A stretch of 64,000 bases of DNA. Source: Alphaproteobacteria bacterium (GTDB taxonomy: Bacteria; Pseudomonadota; Alphaproteobacteria; CAAHEQ01; UBA3637). Under the pieces are notes generated by a model. It saw only the letters and a program-made list of their open reading frames with translations. It ran no database searches and had not been told where the DNA came from. The stretch covers positions 465-64,464 of the forward strand of contig SUUT01000002.1 of NCBI GenBank assembly GCA_015062385.1, read 5' to 3'. Below are positions 25,521 to 36,926 of the stretch, one piece after another (position 1 is the stretch's first letter; the number at the start of each line of letters is the position of its first letter). Both the position numbers and the translations under genes were made by a program.

Positions 25521-27680
25521 TCAACTGTCTTCTAAGAAACTCCGTAATTTACGGGAGCGAGTCGGATGCTTTAATTTTCGTAAAGCTTTTGCTTCAATTT
25601 GCCGAATGCGTTCGCGTGTAACGGCAAATTGTACACCAACTTCTTCCAATGTATGATCGGAATTCATTCCAATGCCGAAACGCATACGTAAAACACGTTC
25701 TTCACGAGGAGAAAGCGTTGATAAGACAGCGGTACAAGATTGGCGTAAATTTGTTTGAATGGCTGCTTCCAATGGTTGAATGGTGTTCTTATCTTCAATA
25801 AAATCACCCAAATGTGAATCTTCTTCATCTCCGACCGGTGTTTCCAATGAAATCGGCTCTTTTGCAATTTTAAGAACTTTTTTAATTTTTTCAACGGATA
25901 AGTTAATGCGTGGGGCTAATTCTTCCGGAGTTGGTTCATGTCCTGTTTCCAACATCATTTGGCGACCGGTTTTCAGCATTTTATTGATTGTTTCAATCAT
26001 ATGAACCGGAATTCTAATTGTGCGTGCTTGATCGGCAATCGCCCGTGTAATAGATTGACGAATCCACCAGGTTGCATACGTTGAAAATTTATATCCCCGT
26101 TGATATTCAAATTTATCAACGGCTTTCATCAAACCAATGTTGCCTTCTTGAATCAAGTCCAAAAACTGTAATCCCCGATTGGTATATTTTTTTGAAATGG
26201 AAATCACTAAACGCAAGTTAGCTTCAATCATTTCCTGTTTTGCTTTGTTTGTTTCTTGTTTTCCTTTTTTAACGGTTGTTACTAAACGGCGATATTCGCT
26301 GATAGGAATTTTAACTTCATCCGCAATATTTTGAATGGCTGATAAAATTTCTTTTATTTCATCTCCGTGGATGTCTGCAAAAGTCTTCCATGATTTAGAG
26401 GATTGTTTAGCGGCTTTTTGTAACCAATTTGGTTCGAATTCGTTGTTTTGATAGAAGTTTAAGAATGTATCCCTGTCAATTTTGCAGGATGTAGCCAAGC
26501 GTAATAACCGACCTTCCAAAACGATTAAACGTTGATTAACTTCATTAATTTTTTCAATTAATTCTTCAATGCGTGCCGGATTTAAGTGAATGCTTTTTAA
26601 TTTTTTGGCTAATTGAGTTTTAATTGTCTGATGTTTTTTTTCTAATGTTTTAGGTGTGATTTTGTGGGCTGAAACATATTGCATCCGTTCTGTTTGAACT
26701 TGTTCCATCTGTTGATACAGTGTAGTTAAATCTTTAAATGTTTCAATCACTTGAGGTAATAATGTTTCCTCCATTTGTCCGATGGATAAGGTGTTTTCTT
26801 CGTAATCATCATCTTCATCATCGTATTCTTCTTCTTCCGCTTTCCCCGTTTTGGGTTTGGAAACGCCCAAAGCTTCCATATCATCTTCAATATCTTTTAA
26901 TTCATCCGAATCATCAAAATCCTCATCGGGCAAATTTGAAGTATCTTCATCATATGAATCATCAAAATCCTCATCGGATAATTTTTTTGTTTTCGATGCC
27001 GGTTTGATATCTGTTGCTTGACGGGATAAAATTTTATTTGCTTTTTCTAACTCAGCCAATTCAATCGTAGCACGTTTTTGAATTTGTTCGGCTTTTTCTA
27101 AATCTGCTTTGTCCGGATTTGAGTCAAAAGATGCTTCTAAATCGATGATTTCACGCAAATACATTGTGCCATCTAACAATTTTTGATGCCATTCGGTAAT
27201 GGATTTCATAGTTAAAGCACTTTCGGATAATCCGCTCATCATCACATTTGTGCCGGCACTGATTCGTTTTGCAATAGCAATTTCGCCTTCACGGGATAGA
27301 AGTTCAACCATGCCCATTTCTCGCAAGTACAAACGAACCGGATCACTTGCCCGACTGTTTAAATCTACATCCGCCAGAGCTTCTTCACTATCTTCCGAAA
27401 CAATTAATCCGTGTTGTCCAGACATGCTTTCCGTTAAATCGGTAATGTCTTCCGTTCCGTCAATAACGTTGATTCCCATATCGGTAAAAGAAGACATAAT
27501 CAATTCAAACGTTTCTTCGTTTTGAGATTCTGCCGGCATACATTTTTTTAATTCTATCATTGAAACAAAGCCACGTTCCTTGCTTTTTTCAATTAATTTT
27601 TTCATGGACATTTTTGATTCTGCCGCAGAAGACCCCGAACGATTGTTAGGTAAATCATTTTGGAAAGAATAAGAACTCAT
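25521..27680 (-). CDS. rpoD: RNA polymerase sigma factor RpoD (sigma70) with a long acidic insertion
   Basis: Regions 1.1 to 4.2 are recognisable ([52 protein letters not shown]; [26 protein letters not shown]). An acidic D/E-rich non-conserved region is present. Confidence 0.95.
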   Translation of the reverse strand: MSSYSFQNDLPNNRSGSSAAESKMSMKKLIEKSKERGFVSMIELKKCMPAESQNEETFELIMSSFTDMGINVIDGTEDITDLTESMSGQHGLIVSEDSEEALADVDLNSRASDPVRLYLREMGMVELLSREGEIAIAKRISAGTNVMMSGLSESALTMKSITEWHQKLLDGTMYLREIIDLEASFDSNPDKADLEKAEQIQKRATIELAELEKANKILSRQATDIKPASKTKKLSDEDFDDSYDEDTSNLPDEDFDDSDELKDIEDDMEALGVSKPKTGKAEEEEYDDEDDDYEENTLSIGQMEETLLPQVIETFKDLTTLYQQMEQVQTERMQYVSAHKITPKTLEKKHQTIKTQLAKKLKSIHLNPARIEELIEKINEVNQRLIVLEGRLLRLATSCKIDRDTFLNFYQNNEFEPNWLQKAAKQSSKSWKTFADIHGDEIKEILSAIQNIADEVKIPISEYRRLVTTVKKGKQETNKAKQEMIEANLRLVISISKKYTNRGLQFLDLIQEGNIGLMKAVDKFEYQRGYKFSTYATWWIRQSITRAIADQARTIRIPVHMIETINKMLKTGRQMMLETGHEPTPEELAPRINLSVEKIKKVLKIAKEPISLETPVGDEEDSHLGDFIEDKNTIQPLEAAIQTNLRQSCTAVLSTLSPREERVLRMRFGIGMNSDHTLEEVGVQFAVTRERIRQIEAKALRKLKHPTRSRKLRSFLEDS

Positions 27681-27764
27681 ATGTGCACACCCGTTCTAGA
27701 AAAAATAGAAAAAAAATAAAATTGAGCTTATTATATGCATTTTAATCTGAAATGTCAATCATTT

Positions 27765-29513
27765 TTATTCGGAGGTAGAGAGTTTTTCAATCTCTTTTTT
27801 TAAGGAATTGATTTCTTGCCATAATTCCATTGTTGAATTTTGGGCAAATGCTTTCAGTTTTTCGTCTTTTTCGGCAATTAAAGACTGTAATCGTAAAGTT
27901 TGTAACCATTTGTTCAACTCTTTTTCTACTTCTAAATCAGACCGATTTGATTTTTGTAACATTTCTACTTCGGTCGGTAAAGGAATTTCTTTTTGAATGA
28001 AAATAATATCTTTAATTTGTTCCGATGAATAATCCGGATTTTCAATTAATAATTCAATAATTTGAGATAATTGTTCTTGGGTTTGTGCTTCATTGAGTTG
28101 AATATCCGTCATTGTTTCCAACATATTTTGAGCAATATGCGGATAGCAAATCAAATACGCCAAAAGCATCCGACCTTCTTGTCGTCCGGCAAGCGGTTTT
28201 GAAATGGCTTGGGCTCCTTTGAATGAAAGTGTGCTTTTTTTGTTTTTAGTTTGATGTTCTAACTGCCATAGTTTGTTTTTTAAATCTTTTAAGTAATAAT
28301 TACGCACTTTTTCGTGTTTGATTGTTTCTATGATAGTTGTGGCATCTTTCTCTAATTTTGCCCGTCGTTCAGGGGTATCTAATGTTCTGTTTTCAATCAG
28401 TGAATTCCATAGGGTCCATGATAATGTTTTGGCTCCCGATAAAGCATCTTGAAATGCTTGGGGTGATTTTTTTCGAATCATATCATCCGGATCAAAAGAA
28501 TCGGGTAAAAAAACAAACTGTAATGATTTACCGGGAGTTAGTATGGGAATGGCTCGGTTCATTGCCCGAATGGCGGCTTTTCGGCCGGCTCCGTCCCCGT
28601 CAAAACAAATCAACGGTTCATCACACGATTGCCAAAGTAATTGTAGTTGGTTTTCGGTGAAAGCTGTTCCGAGCGGAGCAACGGCATTTGTAAATCCTGC
28701 ACTGTGCAAAGCAATCACATCCATATATCCTTCAACCAAAATGGCTTGATTTTTTTTGCGAATTGTTTCAATGGCATTGGCAAGAGCATATAATTGTTCT
28801 CCTTTATGAAATAAGGCTGTTTCCGGAGAGTTGAGATATTTGGGTTCGCCTTTTTCTAATAGTCGTCCCCCAAAAGCTATGACTTGTTTTCGCCTATTTA
28901 AAATTGGAAACATAACCCTGTCGTAAAAATAATCGTGTCGGGATTTTTTTTCCATATTTTCAACAATTAATCCCAAAGAGGCGGCTGTGTTTAATGATAA
29001 TCCTTTTTCTTTTAAACGAGCAGTTAAACCGGAGCCTCTTGGGGCGTATCCTAACCGAAATTGTTTGGCAATTTGTGCCGTAATCCCTCTATTTTTAAAG
29101 TAAGTGCGTGCTTTTTCACCCCGTTCGGAAAACAGTTGTTGTTGAAAATATAAACAGGCTTCTTCCATAATGGCTAATTCATTTTTGTGTGCTGTTTGCC
29201 GTTGCACTGCTTCGGGAGAGGATTGAGGCATACTTAATCCGGCCATGTGTGCCAAATATTCCACTGCTTCCAAAAACGGCATTTTTTCACAATCCGTTAA
29301 ATAACGAACAATATCCCCATGTGCTCCACAACCAAAACAATGATAAAATCCTTTATCGTCATTGATAGTAAAAGAGGGCGTTTTTTCATGATGAAACGGG
29401 CATAATCCGGTATATTCCCGTCCTCGTTTTGTCAGTTTTACTTTTTTACCGATAAGTTGGGACAGAAGTATCCGTTCACGCAATTCATCTAAAAATTGTG
29501 GCGGAAATGACAT
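27765..29513 (-). CDS. dnaG: DNA primase
   Basis: Zinc-ribbon CPFHHEKTPSFTINDDKGFYHCFGCGAHGD, a TOPRIM domain (EGYMDVIAL, FDGDGAGRKAA) and a C-terminal helicase-interaction region. Confidence 0.95.
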   Translation of the reverse strand: MSFPPQFLDELRERILLSQLIGKKVKLTKRGREYTGLCPFHHEKTPSFTINDDKGFYHCFGCGAHGDIVRYLTDCEKMPFLEAVEYLAHMAGLSMPQSSPEAVQRQTAHKNELAIMEEACLYFQQQLFSERGEKARTYFKNRGITAQIAKQFRLGYAPRGSGLTARLKEKGLSLNTAASLGLIVENMEKKSRHDYFYDRVMFPILNRRKQVIAFGGRLLEKGEPKYLNSPETALFHKGEQLYALANAIETIRKKNQAILVEGYMDVIALHSAGFTNAVAPLGTAFTENQLQLLWQSCDEPLICFDGDGAGRKAAIRAMNRAIPILTPGKSLQFVFLPDSFDPDDMIRKKSPQAFQDALSGAKTLSWTLWNSLIENRTLDTPERRAKLEKDATTIIETIKHEKVRNYYLKDLKNKLWQLEHQTKNKKSTLSFKGAQAISKPLAGRQEGRMLLAYLICYPHIAQNMLETMTDIQLNEAQTQEQLSQIIELLIENPDYSSEQIKDIIFIQKEIPLPTEVEMLQKSNRSDLEVEKELNKWLQTLRLQSLIAEKDEKLKAFAQNSTMELWQEINSLKKEIEKLSTSE

Positions 29514-29516
29514 TTT

Positions 29517-29972
29517 TTATGCAAGTAATCCTTTGATAATGCCCGAAGCACTACCCATATCCATTTGACCGGCATATTTTGTTTTTAAAGCCCCCATAAC
29601 TTTCCCCATATCTTTAATGGAAGAAGCATTTAATTCTTTGATAATGCTTTCAATGGCTGCTTTTGTATCAGCTTCACTCATTTGTTGCGGTAAAAATTCA
29701 TTGATAATATCAATTTCGGCTTGTTCTGCGGCAACTAAATCTTCCCGATTGCCTTGTTTATACATTTCAATGCTTTCTTTGCGTTGTTTAACCATGCTTT
29801 GCAACAAAGACAAAATAGCAGAATCGTCAATGCCATCTGTAATACCTTTGGGACGAGCTTCAATATCTTTGTCTTTAATAGCGGCGTTAATTAAACGAAT
29901 AGTAGCCGTTTTCTTTTCATTTTTTGTTTTTAAAGCCTCAACTAATGCTTTTTTTAAATCATCACGAATCAT
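29517..29972 (-). CDS. yqeY: GatB/YqeY domain protein
   Basis: Typical ~150-aa YqeY sequence (IRLINAAIKDKDIEAR, MGKVMGALKTKYAGQMDMG), located immediately upstream of dnaG. Confidence 0.85.
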   Translation of the reverse strand: MIRDDLKKALVEALKTKNEKKTATIRLINAAIKDKDIEARPKGITDGIDDSAILSLLQSMVKQRKESIEMYKQGNREDLVAAEQAEIDIINEFLPQQMSEADTKAAIESIIKELNASSIKDMGKVMGALKTKYAGQMDMGSASGIIKGLLA

Positions 29973-30078
29973 GTTATACTCCTTTTTTTATTTTATGTGT
30001 TAAACAGCATACGGTAAAAACTTTTTTTTCGCAAGTAATTTTTTGGGAATGTTTTTTATGCGAAGAACACTTTTTTTA

Positions 30079-30804
30079 TCACTCCAAAAAGTATTCAACC
30101 GTTGAAACAACCCGAACGGTTTTATCAATTTGTGCTGTTTCGCTCACTCCTGGGGCAGCATCTTGTGGTAAAATGGAAAAAACACCTTGATTGGCTTTGC
30201 GTATTTTGCCGACTTGTGCTTGTGAGTTTTTGGCAAATTCGGTAGCTGCCTGACGGGCATTTTGTGTTGCTTCTTCCAGCATAATCGGTTTGATTTGATT
30301 TAATCCCGTAAATAAATAACTAACAGGTTGTTCATATTCTAAATTGGCAAAGATAATTCCTTGTCCGACAAGATTGCCGATTTGTTCGCTGGCTTGTGCA
30401 ATATTGTGAACTTGATTAGAACGCACTTGAATACTTTGTGTTAAAATAAAGCGAGGTTGTGTATTTGTTTTTTCACGATACGGATTGGCATCTAAATCAT
30501 TTGTGTTGATTCGTCCGAGTGTTATTTCGCTTGTTCTAAATCCTTTTTCTTTTAAAAAAGCAACAATTAAATCTTTATGGGCATTGATTTTATTTTGTGT
30601 TTCGGTTAATTCGTTTCCGATGGTTTGAAACTTAATATTCCAGATAGCCAAATCAGCTTTAACAGGCATTTCAGCCAAACCCTTTACAATAACCGATCGG
30701 TTATTCATATGTGTTTGGTAATAACCGTTTCCAATAAAAAATCCACTGCCTGCTATACCTAATGCCAATACAAATGCCGAGATAAATGAAATTCCTTTTT
30801 CCAT
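30079..30804 (-). CDS. SIMPL/DUF541 family periplasmic protein (BP26-like)
   Basis: N-terminal TM/signal segment, size, and motifs consistent with the SIMPL family. Moderate confidence. Confidence 0.55.
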   Translation of the reverse strand: MEKGISFISAFVLALGIAGSGFFIGNGYYQTHMNNRSVIVKGLAEMPVKADLAIWNIKFQTIGNELTETQNKINAHKDLIVAFLKEKGFRTSEITLGRINTNDLDANPYREKTNTQPRFILTQSIQVRSNQVHNIAQASEQIGNLVGQGIIFANLEYEQPVSYLFTGLNQIKPIMLEEATQNARQAATEFAKNSQAQVGKIRKANQGVFSILPQDAAPGVSETAQIDKTVRVVSTVEYFLE

Positions 30805-30951
30805 AAATTCCTCCCTGTAAAAACATCTTCAAACAGAGTATAGGGCATTTTGCAAAAAAAAATCAAGTATCTTTCAAAAAAAATGAATCTGTTAATAATT
30901 TGATTACTATTATGCAGTAAAATGAACTCACCAATAAAACAAAAGAGGTAA

Positions 30952-32043
<1,092 letters not shown>

Positions 32044-32065
32044 ATCAATAAGAGGAGAAAAAACA

Positions 32066-32704
32066 ATGAAAAAACTTATTTTAACAGCTGTTATGTGCTC
32101 ATTTTTAGGAGCTTGTGCTACTAATCCATATACAGGAGAAAGTCAAACATCTAAAACTGTTTGGGGGACAGGTATCGGTGCCGCTGCCGGTGCGGGTGTC
32201 GGGGCGTTAATCGGTGGTAAAAAGGGTGCTTTAATCGGGGCCGGAGCCGGTGCATTAGTTGGTGGTGGTACAGGGGCATATATGGATGTTCAAGCCAAAA
32301 AATTGCGTGAAGAATTGGTTGGTACAGGTGTTCAAGTGGCTGTTCAAGACGGAAAAGTTTACTTGATTATGCCCGGAAATATTACGTTTGGCACAAATGA
32401 ATATGCTATTCAACCAGCTTTTCAACCGGTGTTAACATCTATTGCCAAAGTGATAAAAGAATACAACAAAACATTGGTGCAAGTGACGGGTTATACGGAT
32501 AGTACAGGGTCAGCTGCTTACAACAACACATTGTCATTGCAACGGGCAACAGCCGTTTCTAATTATTTAAGAATGCAAGGTGTTTCCGCTGATCGTTTAA
32601 TTGTGGATGGGGCCGGATCACGCAATCCGATAGCTTCCAATGCAACGCCAGCCGGTCGTGAACAAAACAGACGGGTTGAAATTGTTTTGTTAAATAAACA
32701 ATAA
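32066..32704 (+). CDS. OmpA-family lipoprotein with a glycine-zipper segment
   Basis: Lipobox LGAC (start taken at MKKLILTAVMCSFLGAC with RBS aggag). Gly-zipper GAAAGAGVGALIGG. OmpA C-terminal domain (GYTDSTGSAAYNNTLSLQRA...NRRVEIVL). Confidence 0.85.
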   Translation: MKKLILTAVMCSFLGACATNPYTGESQTSKTVWGTGIGAAAGAGVGALIGGKKGALIGAGAGALVGGGTGAYMDVQAKKLREELVGTGVQVAVQDGKVYLIMPGNITFGTNEYAIQPAFQPVLTSIAKVIKEYNKTLVQVTGYTDSTGSAAYNNTLSLQRATAVSNYLRMQGVSADRLIVDGAGSRNPIASNATPAGREQNRRVEIVLLNKQ

Positions 32705-32752
32705 AAAATTAAAATCCCCGCTTTTTAGCGGGGATTTAAAAGGAATTTTCTA

Positions 32753-33394
32753 ATGGATAAAACCATACAATTATTGCCGGACGGAACATTGACGGTAACG
32801 GAGTCAATACCGGATGGTTATAGAACAACACGTTATTTTGATTCCCGTCGTCAAATGCTTTTGACCGTTGTTGATAAAACTTCGGATAAAACAATTATTA
32901 CAAAATATGAACCGAACGGGCATTTTATCCAATCTGTAACGGTTGAACAAAAAAATAAAGTATCTGTTTATCAAAAGGATGGGAAAACACTCGTAAAAGA
33001 AAGAGAAGTTTTGCCGGATGGTAGTGAGCATGAAAATCTGTATCAGTCGGATGGAAAAACATTAAAACGGGTAACGCATTATCATATGGGGGGCAGTGTT
33101 TATACAACGGTTTATCAATCAGACGGGAAAACATTGGCACAGGTTATTGAACAAGATGATGTGGGTTTATCTAAAACAGTTGTGTATGATGCAGATGGAA
33201 AACAGATTGTAAAAAAAATTGAGGATTTAAGTGATGGTGCCTTTCGGATAACTGTTTATAAACCCCATACGGATAAAATTGCTTATGTCCAAACAGGGCC
33301 GTTAAAAGGGGAGTCTCATCCAAACACTTATCAACGAGATGAGTATGATGAAAATGGAAAAACAGTTCATACGGAAAAAATTGTTATACCATAA
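32753..33394 (+). CDS. Repeat protein with iterated YQ(S/K)DGKTL beta-hairpin-like motifs
   Basis: At least five copies of the motif (VYQKDGKTL, LYQSDGKTL, VYQSDGKTL, VYDADGKQI, and others). The family is not identified with confidence. Confidence 0.5.
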   Translation: MDKTIQLLPDGTLTVTESIPDGYRTTRYFDSRRQMLLTVVDKTSDKTIITKYEPNGHFIQSVTVEQKNKVSVYQKDGKTLVKEREVLPDGSEHENLYQSDGKTLKRVTHYHMGGSVYTTVYQSDGKTLAQVIEQDDVGLSKTVVYDADGKQIVKKIEDLSDGAFRITVYKPHTDKIAYVQTGPLKGESHPNTYQRDEYDENGKTVHTEKIVIP

Positions 33395-33844
33395 ATGTAT
33401 GTGATTTAATGAATCCGATAGCAGTATGATATTTTTTTTATAAAAACGGATGATATTTAAATTTTTTCGTCTGTTTTTTTGTTTTGTTGTGTTTTTATTG
33501 ATTTTTTTTAATAAAATTGGTAATATAAGTTATTCAATTAGAAGCATTTCATCAAAAAGCCCTTCAAACAGGTTGTTTTAGAGAAGGATTGGGTACAATT
33601 GTTCAACTGGAAAAATTGATTGAAGCACTTCAACGGGAACAGCAACGCCAACCGATTCTTATTATTTCGGCACAAGATAAAAACCAACAAACAGTTTCTG
33701 AAAATTCCAATAAAAATCGTATTCATATAAAAGATTGATTCATTTATCAGATATTTATTTCAGAACCGAAGACTATTTGAAGTTCTCCGGTTTTGTTATT
33801 TATATGTTTTAAAAGAGAGGCTTGTTTGTGTAAATATCAGTAAT

Positions 33845-33997
33845 AAAAGGGACGTATAATTGCAACAATTTTTTTCACTTTTTAGAATTTTTTTTAATTT
33901 TAGATAAATTACTCAAGTAAAACAATAATCTTTTATTTTCTCAAAAATCGGATTTTCCCGATTCGAAGCGGGAAAAAAAGGTCCCTTTTATTACACT
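33845..33997 (+). promoter_or_regulatory. Conserved IR-bounded 5' module, copy B
   Basis: The core IR is aaaagggac (33845-33853) and gtccctttt (33981-33989). It extends to 14 bp (gtaataaaagggac, 33840-33853 / gtcccttttattac, 33981-33994). The -10-like TACACT lies at 33992-33997. Confidence 0.55.
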
Positions 33998-34037
33998 CTC
34001 ATCATGAGAACAACTTTTAAGATGTGAGGAAAAAAAG

Positions 34038-36806
34038 ATGAAAATCAAATTCAATGAACTTGGTCGGAGTATGCTGGAAACGTTGTGCGTATTAGCTGTT
34101 ATCGGGGTATTAAGTGTTTCTGGTATTAGTGGATATCAATATGCAATGACTAAATATCAAACGAATGATATTATTAATTCTGTTAATATGCGTTCTTCGG
34201 ATATTTGGCATCGATATCAGCAAATTCCTCTTCCCAATGAAGAAACAAATGCTTTTCCGGAGTGGGAAACAAAAACATCAACCGGTTTTCCGATTATGAT
34301 AACATCTCATCCTGATGTAGCATTTCGCATTATTGTTGATGAAGTGCCGGAGCGGATTTGTAAAGATGTTTTAAATATGCATTTAAATGATTATGTTAAA
34401 GGGTTAAAGTTTGTTCAGGTTAATGATGTTAAATATATTAACAGTAATAACATTTGTTTATCCGATAGATTAAACAAAATTGTGTTTACTTCTTTTTTAA
34501 ATGTTGATGGTGGTTATAATCCAAACACAAATGGTATGAATAATGCTGAACCGTGTGTAGAAGATGCTGATTGTCATTCAAAATGTGCTGAAAAAATATG
34601 TAATTCCGAAACAATGATTTGTGATGATCAGTGTCCGGAATGGAATAAACCGGTACGCTTGGAAGAAACATGCGAATGTGTAGAGTGTGTTAAGAATAGT
34701 GATTGTAAATTTAAAGGAGATGGATATATTTGCAATGAGTTGGAATATAAATGCAGTAAACTGGAAAAACAATGCAAATCGAATCAATTCCGTACTCAAA
34801 ACGGAGCTTGTATTGATTGTGATAATGGCAGTAATTTTATTGTTTTGAAAGATGGAGAACCTTATCCGTTTACAAGTGATACGGTTGATGGTTATACAAT
34901 GTGTCAACAATGTGCTAATTCGGGAACTGAACGGCAATATGGAGCATTGATTGATGATGAAACAAAGGCGTATTGCTCGTTTATGTGTACTGCCGGATAT
35001 TCATATCAATCATTAAAAGACGGATGTGTATCTTGTGCCGATGAAACACCAAAATTCATTGCAAAAGACGATGTTTCAAAAAAACAATGTACATCTTGTC
35101 CTAACCATGCTTGGTATAGTGAGTATTGGTTTGATTATTATAATAAAGCAGTTCTTTGTCAAAAAAAGGTTGTTTGTGGAGATGATGAATTTGTGACAAC
35201 TGTGCGTGCTTCACATTATACCTGTGCAAAATGCAATTCTTCACGGAGTGCAAATGTTGGTGTTGGACATTATACAGCCGGTTATTCTGATAGTAAATTT
35301 TATCAATATCGTATTGATAAATGTAATAGTTGTCCGGAAAGGGATAGTGACGGAAATTATTCGGCTCGTTGGTTTGTTGGTAATGGAAACAGTGGTTCGT
35401 GTGCTCCTAAATGTGAACAACCTATCACAGGCAGTGAAGCTGACACAATTTGTAAAACAAATCCGTCAAGTGAAAAGTGTAAAAGAAAATGGCAAAATGC
35501 ATCAGGAACTTGTTTTGATTGCGATGCGGAAACAACATCCAATAATATAAAATATGGGACATCAGGAGCACAAGCAACCGATGCGGAATTAAAAAGACTT
35601 TGTTTGGCATGCGGACGAGAAGTGCAGGGCAATTATTGTATTTTACCCAAAACGAAAGATATTTGCGGAGTCGGCAAATTTTTAGGAAAAGATGGAAACT
35701 GTTATTTATGTAATAATGAAACACATGTTGAAATCGAATCAGATGCATTGTCCGGTTGTTTGAGTAATTGTAAAAAAAGTTCTGCAACAGCAACTGATTA
35801 TGTTTTAAACGGAACAGTTGATACTCGTCGTGTTTATACAATGAATGATCTTAATTATTGTGCTTTAAAGTGTTCTGACAATCAAATAAATCAAAGTGAC
35901 GGAAAATGTGTATCTTGTGGTAATCAAAATTCATTAAATACCATTACACCGGCGGTTGTGGGTGATTGCAATCTTTGTCAGTATAGAGAAATTTATGGCA
36001 ATGTTTGTGCCGTAAAAACATGTCCAACTTCATATTACAAGAATCATTCGGGGACTTGTAAGAAATGTTCCGAGCAAAATCCCGAACAGGAAACTTGGTC
36101 GAATGAATTAATACTTGGGGATATTAATTCATGCAATACCTGTGGTAACAGAATAGCTATTAAACGATATAATACAGATACAGGATTTTGGTGTACATAT
36201 ATTAATCCGGGGCAAATTGGTCTATGCAACAGTAAAGGAAATCAAGCACTTCCGGTAACAATGAATGAAACTCTTGTTGAAGCTGCTCAACCATATATAA
36301 ATTCACAACATGACGGTGAAAAATTTAGAGATCATTATGGATATTGTCGGAATTGTACGGATAGTGCTGATTATATTGCTGATGAAGAACAATGTTTATC
36401 ATGTAAAAATAGAAGATGGAGCAACAATACATGTATGAAAGGTCTGTGTGAAGAAAAATTACAGTTTTTATCCGGTTCATCTTGCTTGTCATGCTCTAAT
36501 GTTAATAAACCAATTGATCCGAGTAAGGATAACTTATGTTCCTCTTGTGAAAATAGACGTCAATTAGAAATCGGCACACCGGATACAACTTGGTCAGGAC
36601 TTTGTGTGGAAGAGTGTACGGGGACACAATGGCAGGATATTGATGGAAATTGCTTGTTCTGTTCTGAAGGAGGGGATAGAGCAATTGGAACAGATACAGA
36701 ATCTCGTCGTTTATGTAATGATGTTTGTAAAGATTATCGTCAGGAGGAAGCAATTTATTCGGCAGATGGCAAAACGGTAATCGGATATAAATGTGTTGAA
36801 AAATAG
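34038..36806 (+). CDS. Modular type IV pilin-like protein with a very large Cys-rich C-terminal region (922 aa)
   Basis: Leader MKIKFNELG|RSMLETLCVLAVIGVLSVSG. A pilin-like module with Cys pair ICKDVL...NICLS. About 750 aa follow with many C-x2-C pairs (CTSCPNH, CNSCPER, CNTCGNR, CLSCKNR, CSSCENR). Confidence 0.75.
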   Translation: MKIKFNELGRSMLETLCVLAVIGVLSVSGISGYQYAMTKYQTNDIINSVNMRSSDIWHRYQQIPLPNEETNAFPEWETKTSTGFPIMITSHPDVAFRIIVDEVPERICKDVLNMHLNDYVKGLKFVQVNDVKYINSNNICLSDRLNKIVFTSFLNVDGGYNPNTNGMNNAEPCVEDADCHSKCAEKICNSETMICDDQCPEWNKPVRLEETCECVECVKNSDCKFKGDGYICNELEYKCSKLEKQCKSNQFRTQNGACIDCDNGSNFIVLKDGEPYPFTSDTVDGYTMCQQCANSGTERQYGALIDDETKAYCSFMCTAGYSYQSLKDGCVSCADETPKFIAKDDVSKKQCTSCPNHAWYSEYWFDYYNKAVLCQKKVVCGDDEFVTTVRASHYTCAKCNSSRSANVGVGHYTAGYSDSKFYQYRIDKCNSCPERDSDGNYSARWFVGNGNSGSCAPKCEQPITGSEADTICKTNPSSEKCKRKWQNASGTCFDCDAETTSNNIKYGTSGAQATDAELKRLCLACGREVQGNYCILPKTKDICGVGKFLGKDGNCYLCNNETHVEIESDALSGCLSNCKKSSATATDYVLNGTVDTRRVYTMNDLNYCALKCSDNQINQSDGKCVSCGNQNSLNTITPAVVGDCNLCQYREIYGNVCAVKTCPTSYYKNHSGTCKKCSEQNPEQETWSNELILGDINSCNTCGNRIAIKRYNTDTGFWCTYINPGQIGLCNSKGNQALPVTMNETLVEAAQPYINSQHDGEKFRDHYGYCRNCTDSADYIADEEQCLSCKNRRWSNNTCMKGLCEEKLQFLSGSSCLSCSNVNKPIDPSKDNLCSSCENRRQLEIGTPDTTWSGLCVEECTGTQWQDIDGNCLFCSEGGDRAIGTDTESRRLCNDVCKDYRQEEAIYSADGKTVIGYKCVEK

Positions 36807-36926
36807 ATAGGATATATCTTTTGTAATTGTTAAAGCGGTATGTTTGATAAAAAGATATGCCGTTTTAAGCGTGTTTATATCTATTAAATGAGAAATTTTT
36901 TGGTTTTGTGATAATGTGTGTTATCA

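Noticed and set aside
30885-30907. CtrA box and GANTC site upstream of ccrM (GAATC at 30885-30889; TTAA-taatttg-ATTAC at 30892-30907).
   Set aside because: It is a single GANTC, and the CtrA-like site misses the second half-site consensus (ATTAC rather than TTAAC). In AT-rich DNA such matches are expected by chance.
33529-33729. Open frame on the plus strand (VIQLEAFHQKALQTGCFREGLGTIVQLEKLIEALQREQQRQ...) with no ATG/GTG start, opposite the track ORF 33538..33726 (-).
   Set aside because: There is no usable start codon or RBS and no recognisable family. It may be a gene fragment, but that cannot be shown. The minus-strand ORF looks like an AT-rich artefact as well.
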